From Candidatus Nanoarchaeia archaeon (GTDB taxonomy: Archaea; Nanobdellota; Nanobdellia; Tiddalikarchaeales; Tiddalikarchaeaceae): 64,000 bases of DNA. Below, piece by piece: positions 50,066-60,791 of this stretch. Positions within the stretch are counted from its first letter, which is position 1, and each line of letters starts with the position of its first letter. A program made the translations under genes and the position numbers. The stretch is taken from assembly GCA_041652755.1 (NCBI GenBank), contig JBAZGS010000002.1, positions 24,516 to 88,515 of the forward strand, read 5' to 3'. Under the pieces are notes generated by a model. The model saw only the letters and a list, made by a program, of their open reading frames with translations, was not told where the DNA came from and did not search any database.

Positions 50066-50475
50066 ACCTTTGCTGCTTAAGCGTTCATATGAAATTTATT
50101 GAATATTTCACTAAAGCAAAGACTTATTTCATAATCTTAATCTCAATTACTGTTTTGCAATCATTGGCACTATTGTTTGCAATCTATCCTAAGTTCTCAA
50201 TTGACCCTATAGGCATAATTAAACTTTTAATTGCAATCTATGCGGGATTTAAGCTAAAAATAGGCTTTAAGCACTCAGCAATACTTGGAGCTTTAATGTT
50301 TTTGTCAATAATTTGGTACGTGCCAATAGCTTTGCCAGGAATAGTGTTCATTTCAGGAAATTTTATAATATTTTTGACATTCACAATAACTGCAGTAATT
50401 AATTTAGTAATCTATGCCTTGGCAGCAATGCTTGGGAATTTGCTGGCAAGAATAAAAAAATCAGGCAAGAAATAA
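50038..50475 (+). CDS. small membrane protein
   Basis: 4 hydrophobic helices. Confidence 0.3.
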   Translation: MPTVFAKNINLCCLSVHMKFIEYFTKAKTYFIILISITVLQSLALLFAIYPKFSIDPIGIIKLLIAIYAGFKLKIGFKHSAILGALMFLSIIWYVPIALPGIVFISGNFIIFLTFTITAVINLVIYALAAMLGNLLARIKKSGKK

Positions 50476-50520
50476 AGAATTTAGCAAATTTTATAAAATT
50501 AGCCAAGCAGTGTTATTATT

Positions 50521-50799
50521 ATGAGAGAAACAGTTGATGTTTATATTAATAAGCAGAACTCTCCTAAAAAAGAGATACTTACAGAATTAAGAAGGCTGAT
50601 AAAAAATAAATATCCAGGAGTTAAAGAAGAGATGCTGATGGGTGCTGTAAGGTTCGGCGACAATAAGTGTTATATAATCAGCTTGGCTGACCGCGTTAAT
50701 CTAGGAATATTGTCTTTTGATGGTAAAAAAACAATGAAAACAAAGGAGATAAAGGCATTAAAAGACATTAATGAAGCAGAGATTACTAGGTTAATCTGA
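50521..50799 (+). CDS. hypothetical protein (DUF1801-like?)
   Basis: Weak pattern only. Confidence 0.25.
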   Translation: MRETVDVYINKQNSPKKEILTELRRLIKNKYPGVKEEMLMGAVRFGDNKCYIISLADRVNLGILSFDGKKTMKTKEIKALKDINEAEITRLI

Positions 50800-50889
50800 A
50801 AAAATATTTTTTTTTTATAGAATAATTCCTGATTTTTATTAACTTTAAAAAAGCATAACTTATTAAAATCATTAAGGAGTAATATTTTT

Positions 50890-51843
50890 TTGATGATTAT
50901 TGAACTCGGCATAATGCTTGCTAGTATGATTTTTTTAGCAATATCCAGTGATAAAGCAGTTGATTATGCTATTAAGATTTCAAAATATTTAGGAATAACG
51001 GGTTTATCTGCGGGTTTTATAATACTTTCAGTTTCAACATCTTTGCCTGAATTATTTGTTTCAATACATTCATCTTTAGTGAAAGAAATTGGCCTGTCTT
51101 TAGGAAATGTGCTCGGCTCAAACATTGCTAATGTTACAATAATTTTGGGCTTGGCTTTTTTCATAAGTGGCAGGCGTTTTATAAAATTTAATAAAAGAGT
51201 TTTTCAAGGACTTTTAAGCTTCTTGTTTGTTGCATCAATTATTCCATTATTCATACTTCAAACAGGTGATTTAAGCTTTTTAATGGGGGTTATTTTGATA
51301 ATACTTTTCATTTTCTTCGCAGTCAAGACCCCTAAAAAAATAGAGGGAATTCAGGATATGGAAAAAGCAAAAAAAAGCGAAAAAGCGATTACAGTCATAA
51401 AATTCATAATATCATTAATAATTGTTTTATTTTCTTCAAAATTACTTGTTGATAATAGTATAATTGTTGCAACAATTTTAGGAATTCCTTCTTCAATCAT
51501 AGGGGCTACAATCATAGGTTTTGGAACAAGCTTGCCAGAGCTTTCAACAACTATTCAGGCTTTCAAGAAAAAATTATATGATGTAGGTATTGGAAACATT
51601 ATTGGCAGCTGCATCACTAACTTAACTCTCATTTTAGGTGTATCTTCATTATTAAGCACAGTGCCTATCAACATTTTGTCTTTTTCAACATTAATATTTT
51701 TCTCAATACTTTCAATGATTATAACCTGGTATTTTGTAAGCACTGACAGAAAAATTGACAGAAAAGAGGCAGCAATATTAATAGGGATTTATGCAGTGTT
51801 CCTGCTTCAAGAGTTAGGCATTATTACATTTTTGTTCAAATAA
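50890..51843 (+). CDS. Ca2+/cation antiporter (CaCA family)
   Basis: Two alpha-repeats, GNVLGSNIANVTIILG and GNIIGSCITNLTLILG. Confidence 0.75.
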   Translation: MMIIELGIMLASMIFLAISSDKAVDYAIKISKYLGITGLSAGFIILSVSTSLPELFVSIHSSLVKEIGLSLGNVLGSNIANVTIILGLAFFISGRRFIKFNKRVFQGLLSFLFVASIIPLFILQTGDLSFLMGVILIILFIFFAVKTPKKIEGIQDMEKAKKSEKAITVIKFIISLIIVLFSSKLLVDNSIIVATILGIPSSIIGATIIGFGTSLPELSTTIQAFKKKLYDVGIGNIIGSCITNLTLILGVSSLLSTVPINILSFSTLIFFSILSMIITWYFVSTDRKIDRKEAAILIGIYAVFLLQELGIITFLFK

Positions 51844-51893
51844 TATTTTTTTCCCAAATCTTTAAAAATATTCATAATCATTATTTTATAGCT

Positions 51894-53591
51894 ATGAATA
51901 AGCTTGTCTTAATCTTAAGTTTATTATTATTAATTGGAATAGCAAGCGCTGTAGAGTACGGCCCAACAGGAGCAGTTGGTGCGCCTGATACTTCAGAGAT
52001 GGGAATTCCAGCAGAAGCTGCAGCCAGAGCTAATCAGATACCCAAAGTTATACCTCAGGAAATCATTGATGCCGGAGCTGAAACTGAGTATTTAGCTGTT
52101 AGCTGCGCAATGGCAAAGTATAATATGCAGAAGTTTGTTGACGGAGCCGATGCTGTGAAAGCAATATGGGATGAAGTGGCTATAAGCTTAAGCTCGGAAG
52201 GAATAACTTTAGACACCAGCATGCTATTATCTATTAAAGAAGGTGTTTTAAGCAGGGTTGATGCGTTATGCTCTGCAACACCTCAAACTTATGGACAAGC
52301 AATTCAGGGCATTATTGACTATTCATTAGGAGCTAACGGACTCGAGCAGCAGCTTAAAAGCATGGGCTCTGAATTAGAGAATACTATTAGGACTAAAATG
52401 GATGAATACACTGCACAAGGCGAAGCTTTACAGGCACAGATTGATGCTTTGACTGGAGGCAAGAGTCCTGAGGAGATTCAGGCAATAGTTTCTCAAATAC
52501 AGGCAAAGAGCACAGAGTATCAGGGAATTACTGCCAATCCCATGGCTATGCAAGATCCAGCCACTTCAGCAAGAGCAGCAGCATTATTGAGTGAAATACA
52601 AACTTTGCAAGCCTCAATTGGCGGAGCAACCCAAGAAGGCCAGGATGAAGGAATAGCTTTAGGCGAGCAAGCTCAGGCATTCGGTGATAAAGCTCAAGTT
52701 TTAGGCACAAAAATTGAAACTATTTTTGGTGGAATAAATGAAAGGATGAAGCAAGCGTTTCAAGGCAATGATTATTCAGCTCAAAAATCAGAAGTTAACG
52801 AGGCGTATTATGCATTATTTTTGAAAGTATTCAATGCTAAAATTATTGATGTTAATGCAAAGAAAGCTGAAATCTCTGCTTACTACATAGATACGAGCAT
52901 GTTTGATGAAGTCACTGAATGGGCTGCGCAGAAAAAGGAAGAAGCCAAATCAGTTTTTGTTGAAACAGCAACAGAGGAGGATATACAAGAATTCATTGAA
53001 TTAATCAACCTTGAAAGCGCTGAGATGGAGATAAGAATTAATAGTGCAATTGAAGGATTAATAAGGGAAAAATATGTTGAAAGCCTTGATGAATTAAGAA
53101 GCAATGCCCAGGCAGGAATAGATGCAGCAAATAATGGAGGCTTAGACACAACTGAATTAGAAGCTTTAACTGCAGAGATAGAAACTTTAAGGAATGAAGC
53201 AATAGCTTTAGATAATGCTGGCAATGATTCTTTGGCTTTTGAAAAAATAGGCCAAGCCCAAGCAGTTGTTGTATTAGTTCAGGAAGAATACGCAAAGCTT
53301 CAAGCTGAAGGTGAAGGAGTTCAGATTCAGGCTCAGGCAGTAATTGCAGCAATTAACTCAGAGAAAGATAAAGTGTTGGCTTTAAAAGAAGCAGCGCAAA
53401 GCTTAAGCCTTGATACTAGTTTGCTTGAAAGCTTAGAAGCTGAATTATATTCTTTAGAAGCTCAAGCGCAGGAGTTATTGGATGCAGGTCAGAATGCTCA
53501 GGCATTATTATTAGTCCAAGAGACTAAGGATAAATTTGAAACCTTAAAATCTGAATATTCTAGATTATTAGCTGAGGTGATATTAAAGTGA
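51894..53591 (+). CDS. secreted Ala/Gln/Glu-rich coiled-coil protein
   Basis: Signal peptide and a long low-complexity helical sequence. Confidence 0.35.
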   Translation: MNKLVLILSLLLLIGIASAVEYGPTGAVGAPDTSEMGIPAEAAARANQIPKVIPQEIIDAGAETEYLAVSCAMAKYNMQKFVDGADAVKAIWDEVAISLSSEGITLDTSMLLSIKEGVLSRVDALCSATPQTYGQAIQGIIDYSLGANGLEQQLKSMGSELENTIRTKMDEYTAQGEALQAQIDALTGGKSPEEIQAIVSQIQAKSTEYQGITANPMAMQDPATSARAAALLSEIQTLQASIGGATQEGQDEGIALGEQAQAFGDKAQVLGTKIETIFGGINERMKQAFQGNDYSAQKSEVNEAYYALFLKVFNAKIIDVNAKKAEISAYYIDTSMFDEVTEWAAQKKEEAKSVFVETATEEDIQEFIELINLESAEMEIRINSAIEGLIREKYVESLDELRSNAQAGIDAANNGGLDTTELEALTAEIETLRNEAIALDNAGNDSLAFEKIGQAQAVVVLVQEEYAKLQAEGEGVQIQAQAVIAAINSEKDKVLALKEAAQSLSLDTSLLESLEAELYSLEAQAQELLDAGQNAQALLLVQETKDKFETLKSEYSRLLAEVILK

Positions 53592-53815
53592 AAAAAATAA
53601 TGTCGTTAATTTTTATAATAATCCTACTTTCTGGCTGCACACAATCAAGCAATGCTGATTTAAGCAAATTGCAGGAGTTAGGGGATTTGCCTAATATTAA
53701 TATTAATGGCATGGAAGAATTAGGAAGCCTGCCACCAACCAATGTTTCAATAGATTTAGGTTCAGGAATACCTAGCAGTAATCCTTTTCCTAGCGAGCCA
53801 GCAATAGAATAAAAT

Positions 53816-54889
53816 TTAAGGCTGTTCAGGAGTATTTGGTAGCAGCCCAATCTTTTTAACCCACCACCAAGAAACAAAAGTGGCAACTACTGTAATGAAA
53901 ACTAATAATGTTAAATACCATCCAGTGTCTGCAGGTGTGAACAAGAAAATATTGGTCTGCGACAATATTGTGGCTATAGTGTTAGGCACTAATAATGCTG
54001 TTCCAATAACTGTCAAAATTCCCATTATGTAAGTCATTCTATTATTAATCACTTGCAATTGATTATTGTAAATTGACTGAAGAACTGCGAGCCCTGAAGC
54101 CAAAACATTGGATAAGTCCTCAGCAAGAGCTATTTGGGTGTGCACTTTTTCCAATTGAACAGTTATTCCTTCAAGTATTTTAGGATTATTAGATAATACT
54201 TCAGCATCGCCGTAATCAAGAGATGAAAGCACGCTGGTTGTTGACCATAAGCCTGATAAGTATTTTACAAGCGCATGCTTCATGTGATAAATTTTGACTC
54301 CCAATATTTTTCTGGATGCAGAATTGTCAATTAATTCGCGGCTTATTTTATCACTAGAATCTTCTATTTCAGAAACTTGCTCAAAATTAAACCTGTTATT
54401 CTTTGCGATTATTCTAATAAGCAATAATGTAGGCAAGTCTTCCTTCTTCGCTTTTTTTATTATAGACTCAGCATAAGCATATAATTGCTTTAAATGAAGA
54501 GATTTGGTTGATTGTATTGACACTATCAAATCTTTTTTAATAAGTATCATTAAAGGGTCAATTTTTACATCAAAATTATTCACATCAATTACTGGAAGGA
54601 TTAATCCCATCTCTGAATTCAAGTCTTCATACTTGCTTGTAGTGTGATCATGTTTATCTTTTGATAGTTTTATTAGATTATTCACCAAAGTTTCTGAAAA
54701 TCCTAATTTATTTGCTATTTCCAAGGCTTCTTTTGTGAAATCATTTGCGGAATGATCAACCCATGAGAAAGATGCATGCTTTATTAATGGCATAAGCTCG
54801 TCAAAATTGTTTGTTTGCTTGCTGTTTGTGGTATTTTTCAAAAGGCTTGCGCAAAAACTTAAATAAGTAGTTTGTTCTTCGTTTGCCAT
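53816..54889 (-). CDS. CorA-like divalent cation transporter (GMN motif not conserved)
   Basis: C-terminal two TMs, MTYIMGILTVIGTALLVPNTIATI then LSQTNIF where YGMNF is expected. Confidence 0.4.
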   Translation of the reverse strand: MANEEQTTYLSFCASLLKNTTNSKQTNNFDELMPLIKHASFSWVDHSANDFTKEALEIANKLGFSETLVNNLIKLSKDKHDHTTSKYEDLNSEMGLILPVIDVNNFDVKIDPLMILIKKDLIVSIQSTKSLHLKQLYAYAESIIKKAKKEDLPTLLLIRIIAKNNRFNFEQVSEIEDSSDKISRELIDNSASRKILGVKIYHMKHALVKYLSGLWSTTSVLSSLDYGDAEVLSNNPKILEGITVQLEKVHTQIALAEDLSNVLASGLAVLQSIYNNQLQVINNRMTYIMGILTVIGTALLVPNTIATILSQTNIFLFTPADTGWYLTLLVFITVVATFVSWWWVKKIGLLPNTPEQP

Positions 54890-54994
54890 AAATATTAAAA
54901 GTTAAAGAAACATTTTAAACTTTTCTTTACAAAAATAAAATAAAAAAATCAACTAAAATAATGCTTTTAAATTATTGCCAATTAATAATTAATT

Positions 54995-56611
54995 ATGAAA
55001 AAAACAATATTTTTATTGGCATTATTATTTTTTTCAAAGATTTATGCTTTTGACATTAGCCAAATAAGCCATTATGATTTTGATACCTTTATTTGCAGCG
55101 AGCACGTTGATTCAGAATATGTAGCTGATTGCGAAAAAACAAAGAGCTTTATATCAAACTGTTACTCTAATCCTAATAATTGCGACTGCTCCTATTTTAC
55201 TGAAACGGATGCAATAACTGAATGCCAAAAATGGGTTGACCAAGGAATAAAATTAATGAGCCAAAAATCCGAAGAGTGCATGAATGACTTAACTGCTTGT
55301 TCATGTGCTGACTTGCCTCATCCAAGATTAGTTGATGTTTGCGAGAATGAAAAAGCAAAATTTGTAGGAAAATTAAAGGCTTTGGAGCAATCATGCTTTG
55401 ATACTCCAGAAACTTGCGACTGCTCAATTTTACAAAAGCCAGAATACGTTTCTAAATGCAATGAAGAATTAGCCAAAGGTGCAGAAATTAAAGCTGTATG
55501 TGAATCAAACATTTCTTCATGCGACTGCTCAAGCATCACTAACTTGGTCGCCAAGCAAAAATGCGAAGAAGCCAAGAACTATTATGCTGAATACGAATCC
55601 ATTTTTAGGCAAAACTGCGAAACCAATTTTGATGAATGCGACTGCACAAAAATACCCAATTTGAACGGCCAAAATCAATGCGAAGCTGCTAAAAAACAAG
55701 CAGTAACTCAAGCTGAGGGTCAAGTGTACTTAATGCTTTACGACTGCTTCAAGGATATTAACTCATGTGATTGCACAAAATTAGAAAAAAAAGGTTACAT
55801 TGATTACTGCGAAGAAACTAAAAGTTACGGCTTTGCTTGCATGCAAACTGGGGGAATGGGTTGCGAAGAACTGGATAATATTGTTTTTTATCCTCCAGGC
55901 TTGCCAAAATTTTTGCAGCCTTATTTTGCTCAAACATTTAAGGGCTTCATTGATGCTGAGAAATTGAAAGGAATGGCAGCTTCAGCTGATATTGCAAGGA
56001 CTTGCGTAATAGACCCAGAGAATTGCGACTGCTCAACTATTCCAATCTATGCAAGAGAGTTTTGCTTGGACAAAAAAGAGATGCAGCTAAACTGCATTAA
56101 TGGCAACATTACTGCTTGCGAGATATTAGACCAGACAATAGATGTTGTTCCATTAACTGCCCCGAAATTTGTCAGGGATTTCTTAGACCCAATACTTAGG
56201 CCTTTGGTATTGCTGCAAAAAGAGCAGATAAAAGGAAAATATGCAGAGAGAGTTAAGGATCAGATGCTTGCTTGCATTAATGATGAAACTTCATGCAATT
56301 GTGAAAGCGTTCCTTTGCAATATCAAGAGTTTTGCAGTAACAAGATTAATTTGGTTAAAGAATGCAGGCTAAAGAATTATGAGTCATGCTTCAGATTAAT
56401 GGATGAGTCCAATATTCCAGAGGATATTCCAGGATTTATCAGAATCTTTGTTGAAGGTTCTGTAAATAGCCAGGTTAACCAGAGAATGAATGAAGTATTC
56501 CAAGAAATCAAGCCTGATGTTTGCGAAGGAATGAATGTTAATCAATGCAGAAAGTATTATAATGATAATTGCAAAGGATTAACTGCCAATGAGTGCTTAG
56601 CTAATAGATAA
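54995..56611 (+). CDS. secreted protein built of about 9 Cys-motif repeats (C-D/N-C-S/T ... x12-14 ... C)
   Basis: Signal peptide, then repeated NNCDCSY...EC, TACSCAD...VC, ETCDCSI...KC, SSCDCSS...KC, DECDCTK...QC, NSCDCTK...YC, ENCDCST...FC and TSCNCES...FC. Confidence 0.5.
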   Translation: MKKTIFLLALLFFSKIYAFDISQISHYDFDTFICSEHVDSEYVADCEKTKSFISNCYSNPNNCDCSYFTETDAITECQKWVDQGIKLMSQKSEECMNDLTACSCADLPHPRLVDVCENEKAKFVGKLKALEQSCFDTPETCDCSILQKPEYVSKCNEELAKGAEIKAVCESNISSCDCSSITNLVAKQKCEEAKNYYAEYESIFRQNCETNFDECDCTKIPNLNGQNQCEAAKKQAVTQAEGQVYLMLYDCFKDINSCDCTKLEKKGYIDYCEETKSYGFACMQTGGMGCEELDNIVFYPPGLPKFLQPYFAQTFKGFIDAEKLKGMAASADIARTCVIDPENCDCSTIPIYAREFCLDKKEMQLNCINGNITACEILDQTIDVVPLTAPKFVRDFLDPILRPLVLLQKEQIKGKYAERVKDQMLACINDETSCNCESVPLQYQEFCSNKINLVKECRLKNYESCFRLMDESNIPEDIPGFIRIFVEGSVNSQVNQRMNEVFQEIKPDVCEGMNVNQCRKYYNDNCKGLTANECLANR

Positions 56612-56834
56612 TTAATAAAAAACAGCATTTTTTAATTAAATTGGCACCAAATGCCTTCATAATGCATTTTGAATAAATATATTTATAAACTTTTTTGAAT
56701 TTTGGCAAGGTTTAAATACTCTTCTTTGTTATTAATGATTTATCCTATGATGATAAAAAACACTAGTTTAATTTCATATAAAAGGATAGATCTAAATTAT
56801 TCTCAAAAAAAATATTTGAGGGAGGATTGAGAAG

Positions 56835-56897
56835 ATGAATACAAAGAAACCAGAAGCTCCAAAATCAAAGAAACCAGCAGCACCAAAAAATGAATGA
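56835..56897 (+). CDS. tiny basic peptide (20 aa) MNTKKPEAPKSKKPAAPKNE
   Basis: Hand-translated; ggagg lies 9 nt upstream. Confidence 0.35.
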   Translation: MNTKKPEAPKSKKPAAPKNE

Positions 56898-56922
56898 TTA
56901 TAATTCATTTTTTTGAAAATTA

Positions 56923-56950
56923 AATAAAGAATAGGGCCCTATTCTTTATT
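56923..56950. terminator. perfect 28-nt palindrome aataaagaatagggccctattctttatt between convergent genes
   Basis: The sequence equals its own reverse complement. Confidence 0.45.
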
Positions 56951-56984
56951 TGATAATTTTTTTGTTTATTTTTTAAAAAATGAA

Positions 56985-57368
56985 TTATTTCCTGCTATAA
57001 AATGCTTTTTTTGCTGGTTGAAACTTTTTCTCGCTCATTTTATTAGTTAAATTAGGCTTAATTGTCTCTTTAATTTCAGTAATCTCGCTCTTTCTGCTGT
57101 TTGTTAACTTCATTACATTGTTAAAAACTGTTAGCCTAGCATTAGTTATTTCATATGTTTTGCCTTTTTTAACTAAACCAATAAAATCATCCCATAAATT
57201 AAGCAAAATAGATGCAGAATCATCAGCAATCAAGAAATCCATTGTTTTATGCTCTGAGCCGTCCTGAAAACTAACAGCTCTTATGTCATAAATGTCAATA
57301 ACAATAAAATGAATAGTCACTCCCCAAACTCTTGGGTCAAGTTTTTCAATCTTAGTAATCTTTATCAT
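56985..57368 (-). CDS. SSB/RPA-like OB-fold single-stranded DNA-binding protein
   Basis: The DGSEHKTMDFLIADDSASILLNLWDD...KGKTYEITNARLTVFNNVMKL pattern resembles the crenarchaeal-type SSB OB-fold. Confidence 0.5.
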   Translation of the reverse strand: MIKITKIEKLDPRVWGVTIHFIVIDIYDIRAVSFQDGSEHKTMDFLIADDSASILLNLWDDFIGLVKKGKTYEITNARLTVFNNVMKLTNSRKSEITEIKETIKPNLTNKMSEKKFQPAKKAFYSRK

Positions 57369-57470
57369 TAAAATAAATACTAGAACTGAATGTTTTATAA
57401 GGATTTTTAAAAAATATTAAAAAAAAATAAAATAAATAATATTTGAATTATTGAATATAAAGATTAAACT

Positions 57471-57749
57471 TTATTCTTCGTCTTCTGAATCTTCTTCGAT
57501 TTCTTCTGTTTCTTCTTCAACTTTTGCTTTTGGCTTAACTGAGCCTGGATTTTCTTTATTTTTCATGTAGCATTCTCTACAATATACAGGTAATCCTTCT
57601 TTTGGCTTAAATGGCACTTCTGCATCTTTTCCGCAAGCTGAGCACTTTACTTTGTGCATTTCTCTTGGTCCGCCGAAGCTTCTATTTCCACCTGAAAATC
57701 CTCTATTTCCACCTGAAAAGCTATTTCTTTCTCTTCCTTGATAAGGCAT
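57471..57749 (-). CDS. zinc-ribbon protein with RGG-like N-terminus and acidic C-terminus
   Basis: CSACG ... CRECY and an N-terminal GGNRGFSGGNRSFGG. Confidence 0.4.
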   Translation of the reverse strand: MPYQGRERNSFSGGNRGFSGGNRSFGGPREMHKVKCSACGKDAEVPFKPKEGLPVYCRECYMKNKENPGSVKPKAKVEEETEEIEEDSEDEE

Positions 57750-57877
57750 AATCTTTTTCCCTCCGTTTATGAAAAAATACCAGTTTATTGTTTATAAAAC
57801 TTGGCTATTTGATAAAACACTGAAAAATCATCAAAAATTGATAATATTTTAAAATCCTTAGCAGTTTTAAATTAAAT

Positions 57878-59287
57878 ATGCCTTTAATGATTTATAATTC
57901 TTTAAGCAAAAAAATTGAAGAATTCAAGCCCCTGAAAGGAAAAAAAGTGGGATTTTATGTTTGCGGACCAACAGTTAATAACTACACTCACATAGGGCAT
58001 GCAAGAACTTACATTACTTGGGATTTAGTTTCAAGATATTTAACCTTTTTAGATTATGAAGTAAAACTTGTTTCAAATATCACAGATATAGCAATTGATG
58101 ATAAAATATTAAAAGAGCTAAAAAAAACCGGCAAAAGTTTCTTTGAATTAACAACCCATAACATGATAGCTTACTATGAAGACAGGAAAAAAATAGGGCT
58201 AAAGGAGCCTGATGTGAACTGCTTAGCAACCCAGCATGTTATTGAAATGATAGATTTAATTCAAAAATTGTTAGATAAAGGCTATGCTTACAAAGCAGAG
58301 GATGGCATTTATTTTGATATTTCAAAATTCAAAGACTATGGGAAACTATCAGGAATAAAGCCAAAAGAATTAAAGGAAGGGGCAAGCAACCGCGTCAAAG
58401 CTGATGAGTATGATAAGGAGTCAGCAGCGGATTTTGTGCTCTGGAAAAACAAGAAAGGGGATGAACCTTATTGGTACAGTCCTTTTGGAATAGGAAGGCC
58501 AGGATGGCACATTGAATGCTCAGCAATGAGCATGAAATACCTGGGGGAAACTTTTGACATTCACAGCGGAGGGGAAGACAACATGTTTCCTCATCATGAA
58601 AATGAAATAGCTCAAAGCGAAGCAGCAACAGGAAAGCTTTTTGCAAAATACTGGCTTCATTCAAAGCATGTTTTAATGAATGGTGAAAAAATGAGCAAAA
58701 GCAAAGGAAATTTCATAACCATAAGGAATGCTGTTGAACTTTATGGAGCCTTAAAATTAAGATTTTTTTTCCTAAATACTCATTACAGAAAAACTATTGA
58801 TTTCACAGAAAAAGAGCTTAAAAACACTAATGTGAAGCTTGAAAAAATCATTTCCGCGTATGAATTTTTAAAAGCAGCAAAAGGCAGCAATGATTCAAAA
58901 GAATTAATCAAAAAATTAACAGAATTTAAGTCAAATTTAACAGCAGCATTGAATGATGACTTCAACACTTCGCTTGCAATAACTTATTGGATGGCAATGT
59001 GTAAAGAGATTCAATCAGTTAAGGAGTTGTCAAAGAATTCATCAAAAACAATACTTGATTATTTTGACAAAATTTCAAGATTGTTCTTTGGAGACTTAGA
59101 AATTATAAAAGAGAATAGAATAAATGACAAGCTCTCTAGTGCATTAATAGACTCCTTAGTGTCTTTAAGGAATGATGCAAGGGCTGAAAAAAATTTCAAG
59201 CTAAGCGATGATATAAGGCAAGAGCTTGAGAAGAACGAAATATTAGTTAAGGACTCAAAAGATTCAACAGTTTGGGAATTTAAATAA
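57878..59287 (+). CDS. cysS: cysteinyl-tRNA synthetase
   Basis: [20 protein letters not shown] (HIGH) and KMSKSKGN (KMSKS). Confidence 0.9.
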   Translation: MPLMIYNSLSKKIEEFKPLKGKKVGFYVCGPTVNNYTHIGHARTYITWDLVSRYLTFLDYEVKLVSNITDIAIDDKILKELKKTGKSFFELTTHNMIAYYEDRKKIGLKEPDVNCLATQHVIEMIDLIQKLLDKGYAYKAEDGIYFDISKFKDYGKLSGIKPKELKEGASNRVKADEYDKESAADFVLWKNKKGDEPYWYSPFGIGRPGWHIECSAMSMKYLGETFDIHSGGEDNMFPHHENEIAQSEAATGKLFAKYWLHSKHVLMNGEKMSKSKGNFITIRNAVELYGALKLRFFFLNTHYRKTIDFTEKELKNTNVKLEKIISAYEFLKAAKGSNDSKELIKKLTEFKSNLTAALNDDFNTSLAITYWMAMCKEIQSVKELSKNSSKTILDYFDKISRLFFGDLEIIKENRINDKLSSALIDSLVSLRNDARAEKNFKLSDDIRQELEKNEILVKDSKDSTVWEFK

Positions 59288-59335
59288 TTATTAATCTCCG
59301 CAACTATTATATTAACCTGATTTATATTTGCTTCA

Positions 59336-59884
59336 ATGGTTAATGCTCTAAAATTAATAAAAAAGTATTACAACAAAGATTCTGTTAATTATAAAATCCT
59401 AATTAAGCATGCAAAGCAAGTAACTCTAAAAGCCTTAGAGATTGCATCAAGAGTTCCAGAATTGCATCCAGATATTGAATTCATTAAAAATGGTTGTATG
59501 CTTCATGATATAGGGATATTCATGATTCATGCACCTGAAATAGGGTGCTTTGGCAATGAGCCGTATATTAAGCATGGAGTGCTTGGCAAGGAGTTGCTAG
59601 AAAAAGAAGGATTGAATACGCTTGCCTTAGTCTGCGAAAGGCATACGGGAGTTGGCATAACCAAAGAGGAAATCATTAAAAATAAGCTGCCCCTGCCAAA
59701 AAGAGATTTAGCTCCCCTGTCAATTGAAGAGGAAATAATCTCCTTTGCTGACTTGTTTTTCTCAAAAAACCCAAAATCAATAAACCATGAATTCACCTTG
59801 CAGGAAATAATAGAAAGGCAAAAAAAGCACGGCAAAGAAAAAATAGCTAAATTAAACGAATGGATTAAGAAATTCAAGTATTAA
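59336..59884 (+). CDS. HD-domain phosphohydrolase
   Basis: MLHDIG and ERH motifs. Confidence 0.6.
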   Translation: MVNALKLIKKYYNKDSVNYKILIKHAKQVTLKALEIASRVPELHPDIEFIKNGCMLHDIGIFMIHAPEIGCFGNEPYIKHGVLGKELLEKEGLNTLALVCERHTGVGITKEEIIKNKLPLPKRDLAPLSIEEEIISFADLFFSKNPKSINHEFTLQEIIERQKKHGKEKIAKLNEWIKKFKY

Positions 59885-60579
59885 TGAATACTCTTATAAA
59901 AAATAAGGCATTTAAGGATAAAATGAATACATTGTTCGTTTTTGATTTTCATGGAGTCCTAGAAAAAGGCACAGAGAAAGCAGTGACAATGGTCTCTAAC
60001 ATAGCTCTTGAAAGGTTAGGTTATGATTTCAAAATAAGCCATGAAGAAATCATGAAACATTACGGGCATAAATGGCATGATATTTTTTTACAAACAGTTC
60101 CAAAAATCTCTTATGATGAGGCTTACTCCTTGTATAAAGAATGCTTAATTGTTGATGAACTTTTTCCTAACCTAATTCTTGAAAACACTAAGCAAAATGA
60201 TAATGCAAAGAAAGCCATTGAAACTATTATAAAAAACAAGGATGAATATATCTTAATATCAAACACCAATCCTAACGCGCTTAAAACCTTTGTAAAGGCA
60301 GCTGAATTAGAAAATTATTTTAATGAAAATAATTCTTTCGCAGTCAACCAGCATGACAATGGTGTGAGCCTTACAAAAGAAAACGTTCTAAGAAACTATC
60401 TCAATGGAAAATCTTACGAAAAAATAATAATAATAGGCGATTCCCCAGGGGATATTGAGCTAAAAAAAGTAAGTCCTCATAACTCCGTGACTTTTTTATA
60501 CACTCACCCAGGCATTAACTTCAGGGATTGCGAAGCTGACCATAAAATCAGGGATTTAATGGAAATTTTTTTAAACTAA
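59884..60579 (+). CDS. HAD-superfamily hydrolase-like protein
   Basis: FVFDFHGVL (motif I-like) and IIIIGDSPGD (motif IV-like). Confidence 0.4.
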   Translation: MNTLIKNKAFKDKMNTLFVFDFHGVLEKGTEKAVTMVSNIALERLGYDFKISHEEIMKHYGHKWHDIFLQTVPKISYDEAYSLYKECLIVDELFPNLILENTKQNDNAKKAIETIIKNKDEYILISNTNPNALKTFVKAAELENYFNENNSFAVNQHDNGVSLTKENVLRNYLNGKSYEKIIIIGDSPGDIELKKVSPHNSVTFLYTHPGINFRDCEADHKIRDLMEIFLN

Positions 60580-60791
60580 AAATTTTGAATTACAAGCCAG
60601 ATGATTAAGACAAAAAATATTTATTTAAGCCATGGTTACACAAGCAGATATAATCTTATTTTGATAGATGAATGCGTTTGCCCTATTATAGCACATTTAT
60701 GAAGGCTTTGCAAGAGATTTCTTTTGGCTACTTTTCAAAATCAAAAGAAACCAAAGAAATCATAACCTGCAGTTCGAAATTAGCATGATGC

